Of a stretch of DNA of 64,000 nt, positions 1 through 12,200 are shown in pieces. The position numbers were made by a program, and so were the translations under genes. Within the stretch, counting starts at the first letter, position 1. The number at the start of each line of letters is the position of its first letter. Below the pieces are notes generated by a model, which saw only the letters and a list, made by a program, of their open reading frames with translations, was not told the DNA's origin and made no database searches. This stretch comes from Podarcis gaigeae (taxonomy: Eukaryota): NCBI GenBank assembly GCA_964106915.2, contig OZ066917.1; one strand, written 5' to 3'.

Positions 1-270
1 TCGCGAATCGGCGCTTCGTCGGAGCGCGGCGAGCGCTTTCCACGCCGGACGAGCCTGCCTTTGAACTTCCCCCGGCCGCCAGAGGCTCCGGCACCCGAGG
101 CGGAGGCGGAGGCGACGCGGGCAGAAGAGAAGGAGGAGGGTACTTCGCGCGCGGGAAGGATCGCGGTGCGCACAGTCGAGAGTCGCCTGGGGGTCCACAG
201 CGGAGAAGCATCAGCAGGGGAATCGCTGCTCTGGCCGAAGGAGACGCAGAGGCTGCTGGAGTCCTATTGC

Positions 271-271
<1 letters not shown>

Positions 272-303
<32 letters not shown>
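272..303. repeat. (GT)n microsatellite
   Basis: Uninterrupted GT dinucleotide run seen directly. Confidence 0.95.
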
Positions 304-305
<2 letters not shown>

Positions 306-364
306 GTAAATAAGTAACTGTAAGTGGTGGAAAAGAATCAGGGCCCCTGAACAGGATGGATGAT

Positions 365-490
365 TAAGTTAGTAAGTAAGTATACCGCCCTATACCCGCA
401 GGTGTCAGGGAGGTTGTTGCCACATAAAATCACAATATAAAAACACAAAATATATAACAAAAATAAAAAATAACAACCCAATAACCTACC
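365..490 (-). mobile_element. Probable LINE L2 3' end fragment
   Basis: Reverse strand reads a T-rich stretch, then '...ccctga...agggcggtatac' and a TTAC-type simple tail, resembling squamate L2 3' ends (from memory); similar tail on + at ~54130-54247. Confidence 0.45.
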
Positions 491-1070
491 CAGCCAACTC
501 CCCAACACATTTTTAGAGCTCCTTGGATGTTGCAGAAGGATATACACAGGTTTCCAGAAAGACAGGAGCACTCTGCGACAATCTGTGTTACCTCCGTGCG
601 CCTAGAATGGATGGATCGATGGATGGATGGACGACACGCGCAAATTTGCACAGATGCGTCGGTCCAGCAAGCTGGAGATCCGCCGCTCTGTGCTTGCAGC
701 ATAGACACACAGAAACGGAGGCAAGCGAGCGCGCAGACACCGTTAAAGTGCAGGAGCCATCACGCACACCTCTCATCTCGGGGCAACAGGTCTATATTGC
801 CCCATCTCTGAATCCTTTTCTCCATCCAAGTCCCTTAAGTGTGACTGTAATTCTGAACATACCTACTGGCAGATTTGTTTCGAATTGCAGTGGAGTAGAT
901 TCAGTTTGGTACCGTCAAGAGCCGGATTTGGGGGCAGATGTTCGGGGCCCCATTCAAGAGAATGGATAGGATGATCCACCAACGCAACAGTGCTGGCTCA
1001 CTAAAGTAATAGGCACCGCCATCTCAAGATCCACCTCCACCATTAAACCAGAGTCTACAATGATCTAATT

Positions 1071-1217
1071 CAGGGTTTCCCAAACTGTTCCCAAACAGGG
1101 TCTCCAGCTGTTTTTGGACTACATTTCGCATCTTCCCTAGCTAGCAGGACCCGGTGGTCAGGGATGATGGGAGTTGTAGTCCCAAAACAGCCGGAGACCC
1201 AAGTTTGTGAAACCCTG
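1071..1217. mobile_element. Non-autonomous hAT-type MITE (147 bp)
   Basis: TIRs CAGGGTTTCCCAAACT / AGTTTGTGAAACCCTG (1 mismatch); 8-bp TSD ATCTAATT (1063-1070) / ATCTAACT (1218-1225); internal ggactaca...tgtagtcc foldback. Confidence 0.85.
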
Positions 1218-4200
1218 ATCTAACTAAACCACTGGGTGGAGGTAGGAGCGCAGAGAGAGAAAGTGTTTTCCCTGTCTCCTCTTTAACACACACACACCCG
1301 TTATTCCTCCTTGTTTGCAATAGCCTTTGTTCCTTGTAAGGTTGTGTGCACGCTGCACATCTTTTATATTTAATGACCAGGACATCGTCCTGAAGCGCAG
1401 AGAAAACTCACCCTATATTCGATCGCTCAAATGCCATGCCTGGTTAGACACGTGTGAACACCGTACATGTGGCAGAGGGACTCCCTGTTATTTAGTGCAT
1501 GAGCTAGTGCATTGTGCCCGTAAAACTATATAGCTCCTCGTTTGCTCTTGGGGATTCCCTCGCACGTATACAGTTCAAAATATCAACCCTCGTCCCATTT
1601 TTCAGTCAAATGTACACCTCTAGCTGTCTGTACACTCCAAGTCTATTGTTCTTCCCTTCTTCTGTAGCATGTGTGTCACCTCTTTTCTTTTGAGTTCATC
1701 GCCTGAACAACAGCGAGACAAACCCACAGGTAGAGGTTTCATATTACCTACATCACAATTATTTGCCGTGGACTCCCTTCAGACATTCAGCGGTAAGTCA
1801 ACAAGTATGGAGAAATAGCGTTGTGAACCTGTCCTCCCTAATACCTAGGTGCGTAAAGTGTCTCTGATGTGGACGTGGAAAAGGTTACCTAAATTCAGGG
1901 CTGCTTCCTGAAGGATGAGTTTTTCTGCATCCGAAAGAACACACTCGGTTTAAAAACATTGCATGCCGGTAGATAGGAAATTCATGTGGTGGTAAAACTG
2001 CGACAGAGTGTTCACACGTGCAAGGCTGTCGTTGCTGCAGTTACCCTGCGGTAAAAATGAACGTGTGAAGCTGGGCAGCTAAATGTCAGTCGGCTTCACT
2101 GACAAATTCTGCCTTGAAGGTGCTGTAAGACGCGACGGCTCTTTCTCTCACGCTGTATCTTTTCATGGCCCCCTTCACACGTGCAAGTAATCAAGCAAGC
2201 AACCGGCTCGTGTCAAGAAACCCTTCATCTGAATGCACAAGTCTACACGTGTGCATCTTTATTCGCCTGCCTTATAGCCATATTGAGAAATCACAAATCC
2301 CATAGAAGTCAATGGGATACATTTCAAGTAAAAGAGCTTAGCCGAGTTGGGGCGTTACTTGGAAGTAAGCGAGATCAATGGAGCTTAAGTAAATAAACGC
2401 GCTCAAGTCAGCGTGGGTGAAATGCAAAACCGCCAATTTACTTCAGCTCCAATAACTTTTTTCCTCCTATGGGCGTGGTTTGTCGGTCGTTACTACTTTA
2501 AAAATAAAATTTGGCAAGAAGATGAAGAATGAGCTGGGGGTTTAAAAAAAAAGCCCAAAACAAATCAACTCAAAATGATTCAGACTCCGGAGATCATAAC
2601 CTTCGAGCGCGATGCTTCCCTCCCTCTTCCACCCCCACCGGTAACTAAGACAAAAGTGGATCACGGCTGATTTAAAGCCTTGTTTGTGTGAGAGCACATT
2701 TTCCCCCTGCTTAGAAGAGATGAAGTCTTTGAAGATGGCCAACTTCGTGTCAATAAGTGCCTTTTCTTTGAGCCATATTCAGATGGGAAAAGTCTTGCTT
2801 GCCAATTGCCATAGAAATCTTAACGCACCATGAAGATTGCCCAAGCGCCGAGCCTTCCGTTCTGGCGCAAATTACTTTGAAGTGGCGCAAGACGTGCAGT
2901 GGTCAATTTCAGCTCTATAGACCGAGGGGAGAGGGAGAGATGGGGCGTTGGAAGGCAGAAAACAAGAAGGGGAAAACTTGTTTTAGGCTCCTCATTGTCA
3001 GATATCTTTTATCTCTGATATATTTCCCATGAATGATTCATGCCTTGGAGTAGGGTGCGGGGTGGGCTTTGTGTGCAGCCCTCCTTTTCACCAGAAACTC
3101 CGTTAGTCCACCCTTTCCCCAATCCGAAAGGTCCTCATTCTTCATGGAGTCTAAGCAACTCTTTGCAACCGGTTGCACCTTCGCCACCTGAGGCCAAAAT
3201 CAACCACGTTGGCTGTGGGAAATCGTATTGAGGAACTCAACACGTGAACAGTAATGTGGACATGGTTAAGATACAAACTTAAAGGATAGTTTTATTTTCA
3301 GCAGAACTTCATTCCTGTTCACTTCACTCCTTGTCTAGCATTTTGCAGCTCCCACATGCTATCTTGTCCCATCTACATTACTTTGATTTCATCAGCACTA
3401 TCTTCAATTGGTTTTAATAGCTCTTTTGTTGAGAGTGGCACACTGTCCACTGTTTGAACGTTTAGATTTAAGGTAAGTACGTAGGCCACATTGACCAAGT
3501 GTCCACAGTGCTTAAGAGACACCTCAGTAATACTAACTTCCCTCTTCTATTGTGTGTCAATATTTAAGACAGAAGCCTGTTCTCCATCCACCCAAACTGT
3601 CATGATCCCTATTAAAATCCAAAGCTTTCCCCCCAACTTCCTGCACCTCTTAGGTGGACGCCATTTTCATTCTAAGAGAACAAGGGTTCATGGCAAGTCC
3701 CAGACCATTTTTTCTAGAACAATAGCACTGTTTAAATCCATATACAAATGTATCAATTCACATGAATGAACTTTGCCACACCCTCATGTATGTGGTTTAA
3801 CCATGTCCTTTAATTTATCAATGAGATTGGCCTTCAGACTCTGGTGGATTTCTTTAGACTGCTTACAAGCAAGACCAACTTCCACTAAACATGATTTGGA
3901 TGAGCCAAACCATTTGTACCAAATTTCTCATGGCAATGTATAAGCAGACCTATAAAATAAGTGAGAAGGTTGTTTTGTACTTAATGATTTCCCTTACAAT
4001 TATTTTTCTTTCAAGGATGGGACAATCACTGAATTCCTAGCTTGAGTACTCTGTAAGCCACTTGGTTATCATAATTTGTCCCCCAACAATAAAGCACAAG
4101 TAAAAAATAAGATTTTTTTTTTTAAATTTTACTTTTAACCATTCTTGCTTTCTTATGACCAGGTTTACAGATATGAAGGAGGTATTGCATGTTTTAAAAA

Positions 4201-4429
4201 TATGAGGAAAAGCAGTGGCACAGCAGACAAACAGTATGTTGCTCCTGGTACCCCAAAATGAAAATCCCATTTACATGGAAGTAAGTCTATTGAAACCAAA
4301 TACTTACTTCCCAGCAAATGTATTTCCGTGAAGGCATTAATTTCACATTAAACAAAACATGAAGGTGTAGTAATGGATAGTGCAATCTATTTGGTAGGAG
4401 GAGAACAAAGTGTATAAATTAAACATTTT

Positions 4430-6965
4430 TTTTTAATTCAGGAAATTTTCTAAAAAAGCTCACCAAAACATAAATTATCCTTTAAAAGTCCATGTCTTAC
4501 TTCATGATAGTTTTTCCTTATTATTCAAATGGGTTTTGAAAGAGAAAAGGAATGCAATTCAAATAAACAATTTTAAGAAGTGGTTTGTATTCAAGTTCTC
4601 ATTTATATATTTATAGATATAGATATTAAAATGAATGTCCTTTTTCTGTTCATGTAACAATATGATCAGGACATTTAAAGGCTTCCAGATGGACAGCACC
4701 ATGCACTGTACTAAGAAACAAATATCTCTATAAACTATATTGAATCACCAACACACTGCACAGGAGACATGCAGGAAGGAGCTGTTTTCACATTACATTG
4801 TTCATTCAAGTAACTTGAAAAATATAAGGGCTTTCCCCCACCCCCCAGGAAAACAACCACAGAATCATAGACAACCTATCACCAAAATTAATAATTTTCT
4901 TCTTTGGTGTGCTCTGTACTCTTTAGAAAGAAATAAGAAAGAAGTTGATATCTAAAAATAAAAAAATAAATTAATTCCGCTGTACAAAATAGATCACTTC
5001 CACATACAAGTTATAACAATGACAAGACTATGTATCACAGCACACAAGACACAAAAAAATCCCCACACATTTCTACAAGCCCTGGTAATGGGTTGGTGAC
5101 TGGTTACTTATTCAGTGGTCTCAGAGGATAAATTAGTGCTCTTTAGATTATCTGTAGGGTGTTTATGATGAACCAGCATTTTACACGTGAAATATGTCGT
5201 ACCAACTGCATCAGAAATTGTCAGGATTCCATGACCTCACTCTATAATAGCTTGGCAGCTAGGCCAAAGGTAATCTACTCAGCATCCCCCTCCCTCCATT
5301 TTTACATTTATGACAGTTTGCTTTCCCCAGTGCACTTTGGTCAATGGCACACCGCATAAGAAACAGGATCGCAGATGCTGAAAAAAATAGAGATAGAAGT
5401 AATTTATGAAACCCTTTGTGCATGCAAGGGTGTTAGGCTGGATCAGTAAAATATAGTATCTTCCAGAAAGTCATGTGTCACTCTTAGCATCATAACTCTT
5501 TCAACAGGGAGACTTTGACATAGTAACAGCTGTGAAGTTCACAGCACTTTTGACCTAACACTATAGGCTGGGCTTCATTCCCAAATATGCTTACTCATAA
5601 ATCCAATTTACTCTGATTCAATGTGACTGGCTTGCAAGGAAGCGTGTTTAGACTCATGGCCTCTGCTATATCGCATATAAAGATAGATCTCATTTAGCGA
5701 CACTCCCATGACAAGGAAAAACCATTAAGCAGTCCTGCTAAGACACGTACTAATGAATAACACTGAAACCAGTGGGACAAATGTCTTTAGAGCACAATTC
5801 GTTGAATGTGTTAAACAACAATAATCATAGCAACTGATTTAATTCCCTCCCCTTTCAGGGTTAGAGCTTAGAAAGACATTAAAAAAAGAAAAGGAAAGGA
5901 AAATTAAAATAATTGAGACATTAACAGTGCAATCATGTGGAGGTCAACTCAGAAGTAAGTCCTATTGAATTCAATGGGACTTACAGTCACACCAGTGTGT
6001 ATAAGGTACTGCCTAACAGTACTGTTCTTAAGTATTCTTATTGGAAGTAAGCCCCTTCAGTGCAACTTTCTTCCGAGTAAGCATGTTTAGGATCAGATGG
6101 CTAAAGAAATAAAATGAAACAAAACCCAATCCCCCTTGCTCAATAGCGTTTGTGAAATCCTACACAACTAGGATTGTGACTGCTCTCCCTCCCACCCACC
6201 CAGCATAATTACTTGGAAGCGAGTTCCATTTAAAACAATGGACTGATCTTCCATATAAGCAAATTTGGCACTGCTCTATAAAGGTGCCACCTTGAATCTT
6301 GTGGTGGTGAATTTCAACATTGGTTTTAGTGCGATGCAAACTGCAACCCAAGGTCTACGTTTCAGCATTCCGTTTTGAGATTTTGAGGACTTAAGATTTC
6401 AGAGGCAGTGAACTGTACCTATACATTATCGTACACGTACATATACAGTACTTGGATGCAAGAAACCAGTTGGCAGTTTCACAGGTGATGGATGTGGGAT
6501 AGAGGCCTAGATGGAAGAACGTGCCTTTTCAAAAATAGGTGGACAAGCTTAAGGAATCCACTTCTGGCACAGAGAAAGCCCATTAGCTTCCCAGTTACAT
6601 TCATAAGCCACATTCCTCCTGCTTTTATTTTGGGAAAACTATCACACCGAATTGCCAACCTGGCAGTGCACACACTGAAGATCAAGCAACACAAAGGTGA
6701 ACTCCTCTGACGTCTTCCATAAACATAGGGTAGGGTAGGGAAGATGCACAATGGATTACTGTTACAGTCCGGCTTGGTGGGTTTGCTTTTTTAAAAAAGA
6801 TTATTCTTTTTAATTAAAAAAGAGAGAGACACACAAGTCCAATGTCTTAATTAAATTAGTTACATGTTACAAACACCATAGGGTTTCATAATACTGAATA
6901 AATAGCCCAAATTAACCAAGATGGCATGATCGTGCCATCTTCAAAGTTCTGCCTCCCTCCCAGTT
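4430..6965 (-). other. Putative ZIC5 3' UTR (distal end uncertain)
   Basis: Follows the ZIC5 stop codon; AT-rich; candidate minus-strand poly(A) signals AATAAA at ~6624-6629 and ATTAAA at ~4432-4437. The true end cannot be fixed from sequence. Confidence 0.35.
5925..6101. mobile_element. Two tandem copies of a ~90-bp palindromic MITE-like element (TAA-flanked, PIF/Harbinger-like)
   Basis: 5925-6013 and 6017-6101, each bounded by TAA; 30-bp core GTAAGTCCTATTGAATTCAATGGGACTTAC (5955-5984) is palindromic with 1 mismatch. Confidence 0.7.
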
Positions 6966-7417
6966 CTAATGAATAGTTCTTGTCTCAGAGTTCCTATAAA
7001 TTTCTTCCTCGTTCTCTTCCTCCTCAGAAGATGTGGCATTACTGGATGGCGTATGGAGGTGGTTCGGGGCCCCAGTGGCTTGGCACACATACCATTCATT
7101 GAGATTGGTGACCTGAGGAGAAAGGTTGACAGGGCGGCCCCTGCCAGAGTCCTGGAGAGGGGACAGAGGGGCACCCAGTGGTGTCCCAGTGGGTTGGTAG
7201 CCATGAGATCCTGGGGTAGGAGAAGGCGGTGGGGATTTGCAATGGATCTTCATGTGCTTGCGCAAGGAGCTCGGATGTGTGTAAGACTTGTCACAGCCTC
7301 TGACTTTGCAGAAATATGGCTTGTCACTGGTGTGGACATGAGAGTGTTTCTTTCTGTCACTGCTATTGGCAAACTTCCTGTCGCAGCCATCAAATTCACA
7401 TTTAAAAGGCTTCTCTC
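6966..7417 (-). CDS. ZIC5: ZIC5 coding exon 2 (zinc fingers 4-5 and C-terminus)
   Basis: Acceptor ttttctctttcag|GA GAG AAG at 7418/7417, phase 1 matching exon 1. Encodes [58 protein letters not shown]...[29 protein letters not shown]...RTIH*, the ZIC4/5-type fingers and ZIC5 tail. Confidence 0.96.
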
Positions 7418-9004
7418 CTGAAAGAGAAAAACATCCATAATGGACTCTTTGTGAAAGGAAAGAAAGAAATCCCCAAACTTTGAATTTACATGTCAAACCA
7501 AACACAGGAACAGGGGAGACTAGAGAGGATTGCAAAACAAAGACTCAGCAGATAAAATTGACTCCAGTCTTTACCATCCCTCCAATAGCTTAACTTTTCA
7601 ATCATTATTATTATTATTACTACACAGAGAGAGTGAGCAGGTTTACATTTGCTCAAAAATGTAGTCCACAATGTTAAAGAATATTTTCTAAACTGTGATC
7701 ATGACATTCAGATAAACATATCCAGGACAATGGGAATGTCTCTCCTTATTCCATGCCCATATTTCTCTTGTAAATGAAAAATTTAAATGATGGATTAAAG
7801 TAGGGGCTTACACATCCATACAGACAAACCCATATTGTCCTAATCCCTTCCCTTGTGGTTTGCAAGAGGAGATTCTCCTTTTTCTAAAATAAAAGTAGCA
7901 CCTGTTTAAACACATTGCTCTCCCTCTTTTCCTTTTTTTTAAACCATTGTCAACAGATCAAGCTCTCAAAGAGGGGCACCCTCTCTTCCCCTCCCTTCTC
8001 TGACATTCTTAGCTTTTTACAGCTTGCTCATTATTGAGAAAGCTACCCACTCCATGAGCAGTGAGCTGGCCAAGATCTCTTTACCTAGGACTAGTTTATG
8101 CTTCGAAATAAGATGGTGAATCTGTTTAAATAGGTTTAATGTGCACCTTGAGGGTGATTGTGAAAGCCACCCTCAGGGCCTTTACTTCTGGCATCTCACT
8201 GGCTCCAAGGTGTAATGCAATTCTACAATTATTTTCCAAGGTTCTGGAAGCAAAAAGGCAGGAATAATTTCTGCTGCCACAAGTGGACATGGGTTTAGCG
8301 TTACTTTATTTCAAAAAGGGATTTTTTAAAAAAAATTAATCCCATCCATACATGGAGGCAAAAATATGCTAAAATATGGATTTTATTTATAGACACCCAA
8401 ATAAGACATCAGGATTGCACCCCAATATTAATACGTGTTTCCTAGTCAACAAGGTAATTCAGTATTTTCATCCAGCTCAATCTTGAGCATGTTTACTCAG
8501 AAATATTAAATAGTTCCACTTGGCTTCCAGGTAAGCACATGTAGGATTGCGACCTTTGTTGTTTTACTGGTGAAAACAGCATCTATCTACTCCTTTTTGG
8601 GAAAGGCAGAAGGTTTAATTTATGACATTCCTTTTCCTGTGTAAATACAGGCAGATCCCAACTTACCAATCCTACTTCAATCACAAATGCATTATTTCAA
8701 CCAGAAAATGTCTCCTGGTGATATGTGGCAATTGAACAGAAATTATACAGCCTTTCAGAAGTCTCAAAAGTATTTCCAACGAAATGTCGTTGCTATAAAA
8801 TGGGATAAAGATTCTACATGAAAAAGGTAAAAGATCCAAACCTCAGTGCCAAGCCTATTCACTTGGCAGCAAGTAAGGCCACTGAGCTCAGTTACTTCCA
8901 AGTAACTGTGTTTTGGATCATTCTGGTCAACATAGCCTAGTGTTGTCCTTTCAGCTGAAATATCCTGAGTTGGTGTTTTGCTATTTATTTAAGGAAAGCA
9001 TTTT

Positions 9005-9132
9005 AGGGTTACTATATGTCCTTTTTTCCAGGACACATTCTCTTTTTAAAAATGATAGTGGCCATAGGTGTCCATAGTTAAATGTAGAAGCCAGAAAATG
9101 TGTCTTATTTCTTGCTCTTCAAAATATGGCAT
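9005..9132. mobile_element. Decayed short DNA-transposon relic (AGGGT(G/T)ACCA-type end)
   Basis: agggttactatatgtcc...ccaggacac resembles agggtggccacatgtcc...agaggaca at ~53104-53137. Confidence 0.35.
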
Positions 9133-12100
9133 AATTGGGTTTGCATGTGCGTTTGTCTGTCTAGAACCTGTTTCAGCAATCGCTAATCAGATTTGTCTGC
9201 TTTTAACTTCGGTCGACTCTATTTTTTAATATATATATTTAATTAAGGCCAGCAGCACTAGGTTTTGGGAAGAGGACCGACTTTCAAGGGATGCCCTGGT
9301 TGCTATGCTCATACATCCCGAAGCGAGATGCCCATGCCATCCTGATGTTTATTTTGGTATTGTCTCTGACGAAAGGTTCACGTCAGAGTTTAACCATTTG
9401 CAGATTATCTCGGTTTTAAGCCGAGAGATGCGCAGTCGAAAAGCAACGGTTCTCGCTGAGGAAAAGGCTGCTCGCTCCCTTTTGCGCGCCGAGAAAGGAA
9501 ACTTCACCGCCTACTAATTCGAAGCGAGGTCGGCGGCCCGTTTCCACAAACCGCGCGAGCGGTTCAGGGCTCAGGGAGGCAACAACTTGCGGCATCGATC
9601 AAGAGACAAGCCGCCGGCTATCTTTAAAAACAAAACCAACTACACGAAAGCCAAGCGCAGGGCGATTTCCCCCCACCACCATTGGGAGCTCAACTCGTTC
9701 TCAACCAAACAGAACAAAAAAAAAGGGGGGGAGAGGAAAACTCATTTGCTGCTTAAACCCAAACATACGATCCTTGATCTTGAAACTCAAATTTCTTACG
9801 TTAACACGAACCTATAGGGGAGAAGCCTGTAGGAGAGCGAGAAGAAACCAAGAAGGGCGCGAGATTGCAAAATTACGCACAGAAATGCCGAGGTTGCTCC
9901 GGACAATCTTAAACTCCCGTTTGGCTGCGCCAAATGAAGCGGGAGGCGGAACATTTTGACTCCCGGGCCTGGGAATCAGGGACCCCTCGGTTGGGCAGGA
10001 GGAACCTCCTGGAGAGAAGGGGAAAGGGCGCCTGAAGCCGCTCTCCTCGGCTTCCGGGGAGTCGTTTTGCCCTCGCCCGCAAGAGGAGAAAGTGGAGCTG
10101 TTAACGGGCAATAGAGCTGCTTATGCTACAGTCAACTCGAGCTCCCTGGCCAGGGCTTCCGTGCCAGCACGTGGCCGTGGAAAGAGTTCCCTGCCAGCAC
10201 CGGATCTTGCAAACCGTGCAGAAGCGTTTTCCAACCGTGTGCCCCTGCAACACTGTTGCAGAAAAAACACCGAGCAGCTTTCTGCGGCGCTCCTCGGCCC
10301 CTCCGGATCTTCACTCGTGGGTCTTTTGTCTGCAACAGGCGGTGGGGATCGGGCCGGCTTCGGATCTCCACCCAACCCTACTCGACCGACGAGCACCGGT
10401 CAGGAGGAGCGGCGAGGCTCCAGCTATTCCCCCACCTGCAGGAGCCTCGGCCCGAAGGAACCAGACTCGGATCTTCTTCCCAGCGGCAGTAGCAAGGGCA
10501 CTGTGTGGGCAGCCTCAAGCGGGCGAGGGCGAGATGAGCCGAACATCGGAGTTCTCCAGCTGGAAAAGGAGCTGTGTGAATGGAAGGACGGGCTGGAAAG
10601 CCCTCGCGAGGCTTTCTTCCTGCCCCTCCTCCCAGAGCACCAGCAGGGTTTTCCCCGGGCGAGAGCCCTACGATTACTGCGCAGAAACCAGCCCTTGCAA
10701 GTTGCAAGCATCTTCTTTAGGAGAGTCTGCAAAACTCCCAGTCAGGCCCTTCCGGAGCAGACTCGGCCTCCAAGGCCTAAAAGCACCGCGCTCCTCTTCG
10801 CTTGCAGGACAGATCCACCCCCCCACTCCCCGCTCCATGGGGCTGCGTGGGAGGGGGTGCTCAGGGCTCGCACAGATGGGCTCAACCCTGCGGATTCGCC
10901 ATCTAAAAATCGATAGCTTTTGCCGCCAGGGGCTATTTGCATGGGAGTTTGAACAGCGCGTTGCACCTTGTCCGCCTCGCCACCCCCCTTTCCTTTTCCT
11001 CTTTTTTTTTTTTTTTTTTTGCAACAACACACAATAAATCATGAAAACAATTAGGTGGAGCCCCCTCCGGCCTTTGCCCCCCCCTTCCCTATAAGCAGCC
11101 TCCGGTGGATAATATCTGTCTACACGCAACTATAAATCCCAACCGCCTTTTAAGTGAAGCCAAAAGGCCAGGGGCAAATCAAAACCAAGCTGTAAAAGAT
11201 ACAGCGCCATAAACAGAACTTCATTGAAATAGCTAGTCTGGCGGAGACACGCACAAAGGCACACCCGCGTCGCCTTCCCTTCCCATTTGTTCTCAAAAGC
11301 ACTATTCCGAATCGCTATAGCAGCGCTCCCTCCATCGAAACACACCTTTAAACCAACAACATATCTTTTAAAAGCCCTTGCCTATCACTTCCCCAAAAAC
11401 AACTAAGGGAGAAAACCTCCCCCCAGGGAAAGTAAAATATTGGTGGTCTCATTTGAAAAGTACCTCCTCTTGAGAGGCAACATGATCAAATCCCCTGACT
11501 CTCTCCTTCATATATAAAAAAGAAAACAAAACCCAAACAAATAAAAGCATAGGAGAAACTTTTTGAAAAGTGAATTGACCAGAATAAAGTTTGGGGTTTG
11601 CCCTTTCTTTCCACTATCTAAGAGGAGTACTGGACACCATAGGTGCCGGCTCCCTGGGCCCCTGGTGCCCGAGGACCCACAAAATTCACCATGAAGGGGC
11701 CTGGCCTGGCACCCACAAATTTCGTCGCCAGGACCATGTACGCTGCATAGCACCCACAGCCCCGGGCACCCACGGTCGCGGGGCCAAACTGACACTCCTG
11801 CTGGGCACACCGCGGGCCTTCGTGGGACTCCTCCGTTCTTCCCACTTTCGTGGGAGCTCCTAGCTATCCACAGCGCTCTTAGTTTGCCTGCTGAGGAATT
11901 CTGTGGCGCCGGGAAGCCTTCCTCGCTCTCACCAAAACCGCAGCGGGCACAACGCAGAAGACCCGCGAGCCATTCCCAAACCACGCATACACAGACAACG
12001 CAGACATATCAAGGAAGACTCACTCTCCCGCTGCAGCCCCAAAGAGCTGGTGAAATTACTTATTCATGACAAACGTCACACGTCTGAGGGTACGTAGGAG

Positions 12101-12200
12101 ATAGAGGAAGGAGGGAGGAGGGGGTAGAGAAAAGAAGTCAGAACCGCGCGCCGGAGAGACGCGGCCGGAGAAAGGCGCGCGCTCCTGTCGTGCCACCCAC

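Noticed and set aside
10092-11037. 274-aa and 304-aa ORFs in the ZIC5 intron
   Set aside because: GC-rich intronic CpG island; overlapping ORFs in many frames and no recognisable domain.
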